Below, in pieces: positions 22,798 through 34,890 of a stretch of DNA of 35,001 nucleotides; position 1 is the first letter of the stretch; every line of letters begins with the position of its first letter. The DNA is from Octopus bimaculoides (lineage: Eukaryota): contig NC_068981.1 of NCBI RefSeq assembly GCF_001194135.2, forward strand, positions 144,322,820-144,357,820, read 5' to 3'. A program made the position numbers and the translations under genes. Below the pieces are notes generated by a model, which saw only the letters and a program-made list of their open reading frames with translations, was not told the origin of the DNA and made no database searches.

Positions 22798-24499
22798 CCA
22801 TCTTGAAAGAAGGAATCTTTTAAATGAAGAACAAAAGTTGTGTAGAAGAGGGACAAAAATTTCAAACGATCAACTACTCATTAGGAAGACTGTAATGAGA
22901 AATTATAAAAGGCACCGGGTCCGGTTACGTATGGTGGGGATAGATTATCATAAAGCTTTTAACATGAAGCCTCATTCTTGGGTAAAACACTCTACGTATG
23001 TGTGGAATAGCAGATGATAATCTCAGCTTAGTCAAGAGAACATGAAACACGGAGAAAAGAGCAAATTACAAAGACTGAAAATCTTGGAGAAGTTAAAATA
23101 AAATGAGGGGATTTTCACCGCCATTATTCCTAATTGTTTGTAATTTCTAAGAAATGAAAATGCTGGGTACTATTTCGAAACAGGATAGAAAAGAAGATAA
23201 ATTATCTTCTTTTAAGGATGATTTGAAACTCCATAGAAGTAATTAAAAATAGGATGTTAGAAAGACTGGCAAATACAGTTATAATATTTACTTCGAAGTG
23301 TGGCCATTTAACACTGAAACGTAGAAAGGTAGTAAAGAAAAGGTGAATGGATTTAAGTTCTAAAGAAGTTATAGAGGAGATTAACATGAGCAAATGATAT
23401 AAATCCCTTGGTATCTTGAAAGCAAATGAATCACTTCATATCGATATGGAATATGTCGTCTGAAAAGAATACTAAAACCCAATAAAGGTAGCACCATAGC
23501 AGCTATAGATTCATGGGCAGTGTCACTTGTAAAATACAGAGCGGATAAAGGAGACTGGGAGAAAGAAGAGTTGCAAAAAAGACAGAAAATGCGAAAAAAA
23601 TTAACAATTAACAGGTTGTGCCAGCCTCAGAATGATGTAGATGATGTAGAGCGAATATTCATCCTCCAAAAAGGAGGTAGAGGCTGAGGCCTGCTACACA
23701 ACGCTGGTGCCTCAAAAGTATTGAGAAAAGCATTGTTGATGTGAGAACGATTTCCATCAGCCATGTAAGTAAATTTTCTTCATAACTTTATTTGATTTTC
23801 TAAATGAGCCGTCTGGTGTGTTTATCTTAATGGCGTATGAATGTATACAGTGAGTTGCTTTGCGTTAGGTGTCGAAAAGGCAGGCACTCAGCAAGAAATG
23901 GAAACAAAATTGAAAGAAGAACTCGTAGTAAAAATAATAATTGTTTTACTAGATAAAAGTTAGTTGTTTTAGTAATATAAAGTTGCACCTTACAAATCTT
24001 CATTAACTGATGTAATCTGGCATTCATAAAACAGGATATCCGATGACAAATAAAACAAATTGCATTGATATGAAGGCAATGCGATAATATCAGAATTCAA
24101 AATTGCTTACACTCGTGGCAAATTGTTTAAATGTATAAAAATTCAAAACAATTTATGATGTGATTAAAAAAAAAAAGGCTCTTTTAAAAGAGAATGTCAT
24201 TAAATGAAAATATTTACTGAAAATGTTTCATGAGCTTCTGATAATATAAAGCATGTGTATTTGTTGTATATTTATGATATATTTATGGTATATAACGATA
24301 TTATAAAGCAGGTGCATTTTGAAGATTAAATTTCCCATTAACATCTTATATTAGTTGACTATTATCCTCAAGGAATTTGCTTCCAAGTTGATCACTAAGC
24401 AAACACCATTCAGGCAACAACTAACAGTCATAAATAAGAACAGAATAGATAATTTAGTCCTTAATATTTTCTCTCTCCCCCTTCTCTGTCTCCGTCTTT

Positions 24500-24508
24500 G
24501 TCTCTCTC

Positions 24509-24590
<82 letters not shown>
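24500..24590. repeat. (CT)n microsatellite
   Basis: Direct reading. Confidence 0.95.
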
Positions 24591-24591
<1 letters not shown>

Positions 24592-27142
24592 GCTTTTTCA
24601 GCAGCATATCCTCTTTGATATGATGCTACCAGATGTCTTGGGCGTGTGCACTGGAGTAGTTTTCAGTTGTCTCTTCCGAAAATGTCTTCGGCCCCAAATT
24701 TCTATAAATAAATTAAGAAATAGAATTTGCAATTTTCATACTTTTCATCGGTATTAGTGACGATATTTGTCAGGCGATGAAGTGGCTAACGTGGAAAAAG
24801 AAACTGGATTCGTGGGGTCAATTTGCTGATTGTGTACATTGATCTATGAGTGACTAACTCTTCTATTTTAATCAATGTAATGGTTTGAGCCCATTATACA
24901 ACATTGATTTGGTTACTTCATACTCAGTTGAACTGAGTATCAAGTGTAACATGTTTTCATTCTCTAGGAATATGAATTAATGACCACTTTGTCAGCAGTA
25001 TAACACTTTAATAATTCGGCTATGTGCAAAAGAAAAGCAAAAAATACAAAATTATCTTAGACAGCATGCTATATTTTCGTTTCTTTTAGTAGGATATTTT
25101 GTTCACTGTCAATAAATATACATAAAAAAATTGGTTAAACTCCAGTGTTTGCCCCGAGAAAAAACAAGATAGTGCAATAGGTGTAAAGCAACATGTAGTA
25201 AACGAATATGATGTTAAATAAATGCGAGCTGGCGAACTGGAGGGGTGGAGACAACTCGAAAAATTCACATCGGGAATGTTCTGAGTCCTCTCACCACTTC
25301 CACGTTGTCGGCGAAATTGTTTTCTTCATATTCGTTTACTACACATTATTTTACAGCTGGTACACTATTTGTTTTCAATTTTTGTGACCGGGTGTCGAAG
25401 TGGGGTTACTGGATCGTGTGAATCATCCGAGTCCGCACTGGAGTATAACCAAAAAACTTGGTTGGTAACATAACTTCAGTAACGAAATAAATTGCCTTGA
25501 CAAATCCCCAAAGTCCTCAAAACTAAGTACGTTCGAATAACGGTTATAAACCTCAATCTCACTCAGGGTATTACAAATCAAAAGAAAATTGATCATTTGG
25601 TTCTTTACGACTGTTCCATTCCTAAACATATTCATATCGCTACGTCAACAGTCAGTTTCCTAACTATGGGGAAGAAATCCTAAATATGTAAAGGAGAAAT
25701 ATTTTTTTAAAAGCCTAAATGATATCGTTACTAGGTATAGGAAAATATTCATTGCGTAATACTCTTATTTAATTCCATTCTCAAAAAACATGTGCAGTGA
25801 TACCAGTTTCTCATATGAACGGCATCTCTGAAATACTTATTTTCTAATATAAACTTCTTTGGCAAAATTTTATAATATAAAAACATAAGTATAGCAGAGT
25901 GAAGAACTTAAGATAATTTTTCTCCTTGAATTTTGTCTTTTGCAGTTAACTTCACTCAGAACAGTTGATCCATGCTTTCTAGTTCTGTATATTGCTTGAA
26001 ATAAACTTGCGCAAACATATAAAACCCTTCCTCCCCAGAAAAAAACATCTGCATTGGGATATGATCCCGTAGCCTTGTCATCTCGCACCATTTCTATTCG
26101 GACATGTCGTCTCAATACTTTTCTCAGTAAGTATGTAATCAGACTTAAAAGCAACATATGTATGTACACACTAACTTAGTTCAACAATACTTTTATGTTA
26201 GTATTGAATTAGTAACATAAAAGAAATCCTCTGTGATTGAATTTGACCATAAATACGGCTTGTTTTATTTTAGTTCGCATTTAGTAGCTAGAGAATAACA
26301 GGGAAGTCACAAAGGCAAAACAATATACAATATAAATAACAAAGAAAGCGTTGTAACTAAATGAAATAGAAAATAGATTCTGCCACAGTTTTTTTTTTTT
26401 TTTTACAGATTAGAGTACTTTGTTTTGCATTGAATGACAGCAAATTAATAGTCGGAATAATCAAATCAAATCTTTCATCAATACTTACTAATTAAATAAA
26501 GTCACTAAAACGCCTCTTGTGAAATACACAAGAATCAAACTACATCTTGAAACATTAGTAAAACCAATAGTTTACCTAATGAAGATTCTTGTTTACTTCA
26601 CTATTTCTACTTGAAAGGCACCAAACAATTATCAATAACCCAGTTTATCCACAATCAGTTATTGACCACACCCACTCGAATTTCAAATACGACTTATATT
26701 AAAAGGGTGCTCATGCGTATCAAAAACAGTTCAATTGCTTCAAACGCAATCATCTTTGACTGCACAGATAAATAAACACCTCCTGCTTGAGTAGCAAAGA
26801 TTGACACGCGTTACAATAAATTGGTTTCAAGCTGTTTTTCCTCCTCAACATCTACAACATATTGCATCAGTCTGTTTGCCCTTATATGCTGACAAGAAGT
26901 AAATAGTTACACCTGTTTGAAGCCGGTTCAATGCAAACATCTTTCTTCTTCACGTCATTACTACAACTTTTCCATTTCCATATCCTTATATAAACCACCT
27001 TAACTAACTCATGTACGAAAATTTTGTTAATTCGTCTTCAGCATTTGCAAGAATTTGGTATTTGTTCATTATTTACAGCACTATGTGAAGATTTTATATG
27101 TACACACACAAGCGCACACAGTATGATATAATATAAGACAAT

Positions 27143-27401
27143 GGCGCAGTCGTGAATGTGTGGTAAGAAGCATGCTTCTCAACCAAACGATTCCGGGTTC
27201 AGTCCCACCGCGTGGCACCTTGGGCAAGTGTCTTCTATTATAGCTTAGGGCCGACCAAAACCTTGTGAGTGGATTTGGTAGACGGAAGCTGAAAGAAGCT
27301 CATTGTATATATATATATATATATNNNNNNNNNNNNNNNNNNNNNNNNNNNNNNNNNNNNNNNNNNNNNNNNNNNNNNNNNNNNNNNNNNNNNNNNNNNN
27401 N

Positions 27402-27438
<37 letters not shown>

Positions 27439-27661
27439 CGTGTGTATGTGCGCGCGCGCGTCTTTGTGCCTGTGCTTGTCCCCCATCACCGCTCGACAAC
27501 CGATGTTGGCGTGTTTACGTCCCTGTAACTTAGCGGTTCGGTAAAAGATCCGATAGAATAAGTACTAAGCTTAAAAAATAAGTCCTCGACTAAAACCCTT
27601 CAAGGCTGTGCTCATGCATGGCCGCAGCCGAATGAGTGAAACAAGTAAAAGAATAAAAGAA
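27143..27661 (+). mobile_element. Near full-length family A SINE (tRNA head, CORE-like box, (TA)/(TG) middle containing an N gap, conserved tail)
   Basis: B-box GGGTTCAGTCCC; GTGGCACCTTGGGCAAGTGTCTT; CTTAGCGGTTCGG..GATAGAATAAGTAC; GAAACAAGTAAAAGAATAAAAGA. Confidence 0.9.
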
Positions 27662-27749
27662 TATATATATAATCCACAGATAAGATCTAAAGATTCTTCG
27701 AATAGAAGACACTTCGTAGTGTTCAAAAGATTCAAACTAAGACCCCTAA

Positions 27750-28129
27750 TGTCTTTACAGGGGATTATTCCCCAAGGTAGAGAAAGGCTATAAGGAGGTT
27801 TGTATCTGCGTAAGAATGTAGTCTACAAGTGCCGTGTTATAATAGCATGCTCCCACCAAGCAAGGGTCTATATTGGCGGTGCTGTTAATTTCAAGCGCCG
27901 CTACCGTGCACACATGAACTCTTTCTCCAATCCAAACTCTAAATTATCTACCTCCTTAGTAACTTATATGCATAACCTCAAATCTCAAAATGTTCCTTAT
28001 ACCCTAACATGGTCCATCGTAAGTGAGGCTCCCTCCGTACAATGCAAACATTGCTATGTGTAAATTATGTTCAAGAGAATCGCTAATCTCATCCTCCACT
28101 ACCACAACCTCTCATTACTTAATAGACTA

Positions 28130-28130
<1 letters not shown>
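27750..28130 (+). mobile_element. Penelope-like element fragment: C-terminal GIY-YIG endonuclease
   Basis: KNVVYKCRV..ARVYIG..FKRRYRAHMNSF..STSL..NLK..TWSIV..C, then CKLCSRE in the next frame. Confidence 0.75.
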
Positions 28131-28172
<42 letters not shown>

Positions 28173-28250
28173 NNNNNNNNNNACACAAACACACATACTC
28201 GCTCTCACACACACGCGCACATACACGGACACACATACACACACACACTC
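28131..28250. repeat. (CA)n microsatellite containing a 10-N gap
   Basis: Direct reading. Confidence 0.95.
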
Positions 28251-28853
28251 AGACGCATGCTGTTCAGTAGTATATTCCTGATTATGGCATAAACCGAGTC
28301 ATAAGCTTACCGATATTTTACTTCCGGTTATATACCAAAATAAGGAATATATTGGCTGACAATATAAAAGTATAATCGTTCAATTTCTCGTTTAGATTGT
28401 GCTATTTTATGACTTGTGGACTACAAACTTATAGCACAAATAAAAGGAAAGAAACTTATTTAAGGACTTCTTTTATTATTTCCCTTGAGATGGCGTTGTT
28501 TTTGTTTTTGTATATGAATTCTATTAAAATTAATTGCATTATACGAGAACATTTACTCATGCACATACATAAATTTGCAAATATACACTTATGTATATAT
28601 ATATATATATATATGACAGAGGCCTGCATTTTATGATTGTACATGTTTGTGTATTTTAACATCTATAAGACTTCCACAGGTTTTGGACATATGTTAGTCC
28701 CTGAAACTGTAGGTTCATAAAATACATTTTACAAATAGTGTGATGGTTTATATCGTTTTATGTATGCGTTATACTTATCAGTACAGGTTAGAATTCCAGC
28801 TTGAATTCCTGGAGTTATATGTTTATTATGCGTATAATAAATATTAACGTTGT

Positions 28854-29386
28854 GGAGGCACAATGGCCTAGTGGTTAGGGCAGCGGACTCGCGGTCATAG
28901 GATCGCGGTTTCGATTCCCACACCGAGTGTTGTGAGTGTTTATTGAGCGAAAACACCTAGAGCTCCACGAGGCTCCGGTAGGGGATGATGGTGAACCCTG
29001 CTATACTCTTTCACCACAACAACTTTCTCTCACTCTTCCTGTTGTGCCTGTAATTCAAAGGGTCAGCCTCGTCACACTGTGTCACGCTGAATATCCCCGA
29101 GAACTACGTTAAGGCTACACGTGTCTGTGGAGTGCNNNNNNNNNNGGCGAACCCTGCTATACTCTTTCACCACAACAACTTTCTCTCACTCTTCCTGTTT
29201 CTGTTGTGCCTGTAATTCAAAGGGTCAGCCTCGTCACACTGTGTCACGCTGAATATCCCCGAGAACTACGTTAAGGCTACACGTGTCTGTGGAGTGCTCA
29301 GCCACTTGCACGTTAATTTCACGAGCAGGCTGTTCCGTTGATCGGATCAACTGGAACCCTCGACGTAGTAAGCGACGGAGTGCCAC
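28854..29386 (+). mobile_element. Family C tRNA-derived SINE (tRNA-Arg-like head); ~150 bp is duplicated across the N gap
   Basis: A-box TGGCCTAGTGG and B-box GGTTTCGATTCC followed by a non-tRNA body; 28990-29135 repeated at 29146-29297. Confidence 0.85.
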
Positions 29387-29459
29387 TAAGACTAAATATT
29401 AACATTATATCGTAACATTATTCTGGCTGGATATTTAGTAAGATGGACGAGCGTGAAAC

Positions 29460-29860
29460 TCCATATTTTAAATTGTTTTTGTCTATGTATGAGGAGAAGA
29501 GTTCTTCCCTAGTGTTCAAAGTCTTCAATATTCTAGTCATGACGCTTAATTTCTCTCTAATACAGATGTTGCATCTGTTGCCTCATCCCTTATATTTGCT
29601 ATCCTTAGTTATGGTATTCCTGTTTATTTGGGGGTTGTCTATGTTTCTATCTTTGATGTTCCCTACAGTATTTGACAAGCTTGTGTCGTGTATTTTATTC
29701 TTATCTCTAAACGAAGGTAAGTGACCCGTGTATCTTTCCTGGAAAGTAGTTCCAGTCATTCCAGTGTAAGTTCTTGCGGTCCTTTTTATATAACTTTCAA
29801 ATCTCTCAGCTCTCTGTAGTCTCATGTAATCTCATCCATGGACGAAATAACCAATATTAT
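29460..29860 (-). mobile_element. Second Penelope-like GIY-YIG endonuclease fragment (different sequence)
   Basis: RTYTGMTGTTFQERYTGHLPSFRDKNKIHDTSLS..KDRNI..SKYKG*GNRCNICIREKL..LNTREELFSS. Confidence 0.75.
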
Positions 29861-30856
29861 TAAGTGCAGCGCTTGATAGACAGGAAATCTCTGCATGAAA
29901 GCATTGGTACCACTGTTAATCCACAAATGAAAAAAATATATTCAGCAAAGGTAGTGCTAGAAATAGCAGCTGGCTTTCTATTAAAGTCAAACTGGACGTT
30001 ATCGTCCTGGATTGACTTTGAAAAAGTTGACAAGGTTAGCTGAAATACTGTTGATCTGTGTATTGCTTCTTATTATTTACGTCAGACCATAACTAAACAA
30101 CGACAGCAACAGTAGTAGAAACAACATTTCAACATCATCATCATCATCATCATCATCAACAACAACAACAAACGTTTTGTCGGGGATCTGAGCTCGAGGC
30201 AAAATCAAGGCAAATAGTCAGTTTCAATTTCAGAATAATGCTATATCAATTTTGAACAAACACACTTGAGATAGGTAGGCTTACTATGACTTCAAAATTT
30301 TCACCACACAGATATAGTATTTTTGTGTCTGATGAAATAGCACACTATTAACAATAACGAGTTATTACATGGGCATATGAATTGGTTTGACCATCATATA
30401 CCCGCCATGACACCCTACCTCAGGCGAATATGATCGTGTATAAACAATATTCTTCCTTCAGAGTAAATGTGGTATAGCAAGGTAAGAACTGGGTATTTGA
30501 GTGACACTAAAGAATGGATAACGAGGAAGATGATGAAAAATATGAGGATGGCTGAAGACATATTGAGAAGAGCTTGTGTATCTTACTGTGTATTAACAAC
30601 CTCCATAGGCTACAGATCTTGTTTAACACTGGCATCATTAGGAATCTTTGAATAAGAGTGAATCGCTGGACACCTATACGATAAAAAGAAAGCTACTTAT
30701 AAATTAATTAGGAGTATGTAACCTGTACGAAAAGAAAGCAATTATCAAAGTTTATTTTGTACAAATAAATCTCTTGACAACATCTAATGTTAATATTTAT
30801 TTTTATCAAGATGTGGTTTTTAAATTTCCTTTTATTGGTGACGATTTGAACTACAA

Positions 30857-30930
<74 letters not shown>

Positions 30931-30939
30931 TAATAATAA
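30857..30939. repeat. (AAT)n microsatellite
   Basis: Direct reading. Confidence 0.95.
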
Positions 30940-31390
30940 AATTTGTTGATTGAAACCGAAAAAATGTGGCATCTTAAGACAGTTACAATACTAGCGATTG
31001 TAGGAGCACTTGAAATGATCAAAAAAAGAACTGAAAATTATTTGCGGATAATCCCTGGCTTAACATTCATGTAGAAATGCAAAAGATTGTCTTAACTGGT
31101 ACGTCACACGTATTGAAAGGGGCATTGCCGCTGTGAATTTTCTTTCATTTTGACCCTTTATTTTCTTCATTTTCTTCTTTATTTTTTCTTTCTTTCCTTT
31201 TTCTGCTTTTCTTTCCCTTCTTTTTCTATCACATGACTTTGTAAATGAACAATCTGGTGTGTTTATTTTGATGGCCTACCAATATATACACAGTGAGTTT
31301 CTTTGCCCTAGGTTTTGGGAAGACACTCGGCATGAAATGGAAACAAAATTGAAAGAACACAATAATAATAATAATAATAATAATAATAAT
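30940..31390 (+). mobile_element. 5'-truncated R4/Dong-like LINE: REL C-terminus, 3' UTR and (AAT)n tail
   Basis: LLIETEKMWHLKTVTILAIVGALEMIKKRTENYLRIIPG..QKIVLTGTSHVLKGALPL* (stop 31134-31136); UTR shared with 23802-23918; tail 31361-31390. Confidence 0.8.
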
Positions 31391-31439
31391 TCACTGCGAG
31401 ATATCATTTTTTTTAACATTACAAAATTTCCTTCTTTGT

Positions 31440-31449
31440 CTTCTCTTTC

Positions 31450-31492
<43 letters not shown>

Positions 31493-31512
31493 CTCTCTCT
31501 CTCTCTCTCTCT
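31440..31512. repeat. (CTTT)n(CT)n microsatellite
   Basis: Direct reading. Confidence 0.95.
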
Positions 31513-31669
31513 ACCATACATTTCATTAGGCTACTTTCTACTGACATATCAGTAAAAACATTTCTCCAGGTTTTAACTTTAACTCGCATCAGCCTAATTA
31601 TATTGATTCTAGTATCTTTTCATATTCGTTATGTATTTTTGAATAAACAGAAAGCTGAAGAAGAAAGTG

Positions 31670-31850
31670 GTTTTAATTTACTTACATCAATGGTACCAAA
31701 TATAAACTTGTTTATATAATTGACGTCATAGGAAAGAAAAACAATGTCTACTCCAGCAAAATTTGAATTCTGATAATAAAAGACCGCAACTAGATAACAG
31801 CACAAAGTTTTAAGTTTTCTCCCAAGTCTACCGTTTCTATCATACTCTAC
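31670..31850 (-). mobile_element. Very degraded family B SINE
   Basis: GTCTACTCCAGCAAAATTTGAATTCTGA and flanks resemble the 16380-16420 segment. Confidence 0.4.
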
Positions 31851-32079
31851 TTCATTATCTTCTATAATAAAGTGAATAGAAAAACATCAATGAACGAGCT
31901 CGTCAATGTAATTAGTATATAAAAGCTGCTTTTATGGGTGCATAAAACCTAAAATATTGGTTGCTTGTTTTAGATTTTAAGCATTTATAGAAGGAAATTT
32001 TGACTACTAATTGATTGGATAATCTCAGCCAATAGAAGGTTTTAACTCACTAAATTATATATATCTTATCGTATTAGTA

Positions 32080-32310
32080 GTCAGTGTCCAGCAAGTTTCA
32101 CCTTATTTTCCCTCCAGCCATACTGTCGATATTAACAGAAAGCATCACTACTCGTCCTCTGTTCCTATATATGCTGATCATACCGCTATATTAACAAGTA
32201 AAAAGATTATACTCTTTGAGACGAACTGAAAGGACTGAAACATGATCTTTCTTTCCACCAATAAGTTCGTTTTGAAAACAGGTGACACCCTCATGTATTT
32301 CATTTTCATT
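32080..32310 (+). pseudogene. Ancient non-LTR reverse transcriptase core remnant
   Basis: SVQQVS (cf. GVPQGS) followed at appropriate spacing by IYADHTAI (cf. YADD). Confidence 0.4.
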
Positions 32311-32659
32311 TTACAAAAAATTCGATTGACTAATGTTATCTGAGTTGTCTCTTTTTGTTGTTGTTTTTAGATATTAAGCATGCCTTGCTGGAGGCTTTTC
32401 CCAATTAACTGCATTGTTAATTTTGTTTAATTGAAGTTTTTCTCAAGTCACTTTATTAAATGTTCATCACCCTACGACCGAATGTGTAAAAATTATGAAG
32501 ATTATGGTGCAACTGATAGGTATTTTGTAGGAGTTTTTAAAATCATACTTTCAAGTCACTGTTCTGTAGCTTGGGCTTGTGTAACGCTTTGAAAGCGTTA
32601 GACGATTAAATGCCCCACCACCACCACTACCACTACCACCACCACCCTAGTAGTTATTT

Positions 32660-32764
32660 TGAGTCTGGTACTTTTTGCAGGACCGCTTAATTCCGGGGAT
32701 GCAAACAAAACATGTTGTCAAGTAGTGTGAGACAAACACAAACATGTACACGCCTACACTTATG

Positions 32765-32795
<31 letters not shown>

Positions 32796-32932
32796 GACTG
32801 AGTTGCCCATAGTTTTCTGTATACTAAAATCCCTCACTTAGCTTTTGTCTGCTCAGGCCTTCTACGCAGTGAAACTGAACCCAAAACCACAAATATACGA
32901 AACAAACTTCTTAATCACATGACATCTACGCC
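32660..32932 (-). mobile_element. Degraded family A SINE with (TG)n middle
   Basis: Reverse complement GGCGTAGATGTCATGTGATTAAGAAG..GGGTTCAGTTTCACTGCGT..(TG)n..GCATCCCCGGAATTAAGCGGTCC. Confidence 0.7.
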
Positions 32933-33135
32933 TAACATTATAGAATCTAACCTAGTTATTGCAAACCAAATTTATGGACTACTGACAATACACTGACTGA
33001 TCTCGATTTCTCATTATAACAATATTATTTTCCATAATCGTGTCTCATATATGGTCTATAAATATCGAATACTTCAATGGTGTAATGGGAAATCACTATT
33101 CAAAAGGAACTAATACGAAAAGGAAATCATAACTA

Positions 33136-33178
33136 ATCATCATCATCATCATCATCATCATCGTCATTATCATCATCA

Positions 33179-33234
<56 letters not shown>
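33136..33234. repeat. (ATC)n(ATT)n microsatellite, the 3' tail/target of the adjacent LINE
   Basis: Direct reading. Confidence 0.95.
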
Positions 33235-33918
33235 TCACATACGCACAGCAAATTAAACTGTTAGAAAAGAAAATTTCCTAACATCGGGAAACAGCAAGTA
33301 ACTTTAGATACCAAGAACTCTCCTAAGTATCCTAGCTTTCCCTAATAACACTGTTTTCCTAATGCACCTATAACTACAGGGATATATTTTACCCGCACTT
33401 TCCATAGTCTCTGTAACTCAATGGCTAGGTCCTGGTATTTTCTCTATACTTCTCATATTAACTTTCTCATCATTTGGGACTGGAAAGTCAATTATCTGGC
33501 ACTTTCTATTCTCTTTGTCTACTACTACTAAATCAAGCCTTCTAGCTTCTATTACTCAGTCTGTCTGAAGGTTAAAATCCCACATCTTATGTTTCTTACT
33601 TTCTAGTACTTTACTAGGTTTATATTCATACCATTTATCTGTATGGTCAAATCCCAGCTTTCTACATAACTCCCAGTAGATTTTCTCCCTAAGTTGTCAT
33701 GCTTTCTTTTGTATTCTTTCTGTGCCAACATGCTACAGTCATTTACTATATAAGTAACACCCCGCTTTTGATTTACAGAACCTACATTGAGAATCAACCT
33801 GGTTTTTAATATATCTTAGCTTTTATCCAATTAGACCTCCATGGCTGATCTTGTGCTGCTACTAACAAACATTCTGTCTTCCTTTTCAGCCTTCCTTTCT
33901 GCAACCATAACCATGTCT

Positions 33919-33992
<74 letters not shown>

Positions 33993-34824
33993 TATCTTTG
34001 GTAATCTACCATACTATATCACTACTATATCTTTGGCAATATACCATACAAAGCCTTCTCTTGCCTATCAGATAACCCCTCTTTTTTTCTGGTTTTTAAA
34101 TTCGTTTAACATTTTGTTTTACCTATGCCCTGCTGCTACTTTAGCAGCTCTTAATACACTTTCTTCACTATTACCTACATAGGAGGCTATATCTGCTCTA
34201 GTTCACTCCACGCAGTAGTCGACTGATATTAACCCTCTTCCACCTTCCTTTCTTAATAAGTATAATCTTGCTACTCATCCTATTGGGTGAAGTCCTCCAT
34301 TCATATTTAATTCCTTCCTAGTTCTTCTGTCTAGATTTGCTAATTCAGATTTTGTCCAATCTACAAAAGCTGCAAAGTATCTAAGTAAAAATACTGCCCA
34401 CATATTTACAGCCTTCACTAGATTCGGACCATTTAGCTTTGACTTCATTAGCTTTCTCACCCTTCTGATATACTCCTCCTCAATTTTCGTTTTCATTTCT
34501 ATAGTTAGTACCCTGTCAAATTTTAATACACCTAGATACTTATAACTTTCTCCTTCTTTCAGTGATTTAAATGCCTGGCCACCTGGTAATTGGATGCCTT
34601 CGTTGTTGACTACCTGTCCCTTTTTCATAACTAATATTGTACATTTATCTATGCCAAATTTCATGCCTACATCTTTTCTGAACAGTCTTACAGTTTGTAT
34701 TAAGGAATCTATCTCTCTTTTATTTTTATTGAAAAGCTTCAGATCATCCATGTAGAGAAAATGGTTAATTTTTCCTTTACTATTTCTGAATTGATACCCT
34801 GCCTTTGCTTTCTTTAATGCTAAA
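33235..34824 (-). mobile_element. 5'-truncated R4/Dong-like RT-REL non-LTR retrotransposon
   Basis: INHFLYMDDLKL..FGIDKC..YKYLG (RT), RKEGGRGL, LLVAAQDQ, YKRKHD, ARRLDLVVVDKEKKCQIIDF (PD..D REL), IPVVIGALG, ARILRRVLGI*. Confidence 0.9.
33921..33992. repeat. (CTA)n microsatellite inside the LINE ORF
   Basis: Direct reading; source of the poly-S and poly-Y ORFs. Confidence 0.95.
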
Positions 34825-34834
34825 ATTACTATTA

Positions 34835-34890
<56 letters not shown>
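34825..34890. repeat. (ATT)n microsatellite
   Basis: Direct reading. Confidence 0.95.

Larger units (their letters stand above)
21087..23940 (+). mobile_element. Heavily decayed, internally deleted R4/Dong-like (RT-REL) LINE retaining both ends; hosts a mariner fragment and a SINE
   Basis: MKCYF..KREYRKRILALWE; GFWIKSFK|..SHLNERIENRSVPEWITSG..TYRSITCL; AFNMKPHSW; ..GASKVLRKALLM*; 3' UTR 23802-23918 matches 31243-31357; AATAATAA tail. Confidence 0.75.

Noticed and set aside
24871-24940. Two adjacent small hairpins
   Set aside because: Short AT-rich stems, too small for a pre-miRNA, with no recognisable RNA family.
25995-26033. Minus-strand peptide EEGFYMFAQVYFK resembling a TNF-family strand
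   Set aside because: The frame is bounded by stops with no further TNF motifs or splice support.
28278-28300. Hammerhead-like CTGATTATGGCATAAACCGAGTC downstream of the PLE fragment
   Set aside because: Both catalytic boxes are mutated (CTGATTA, GAGTC), stem II is imperfect and stems I/III are not found; at best a dead remnant.
28854-28925. tRNA-Arg gene
   Set aside because: A and B boxes are present, but the cloverleaf stems are broken and the sequence continues into a SINE body.
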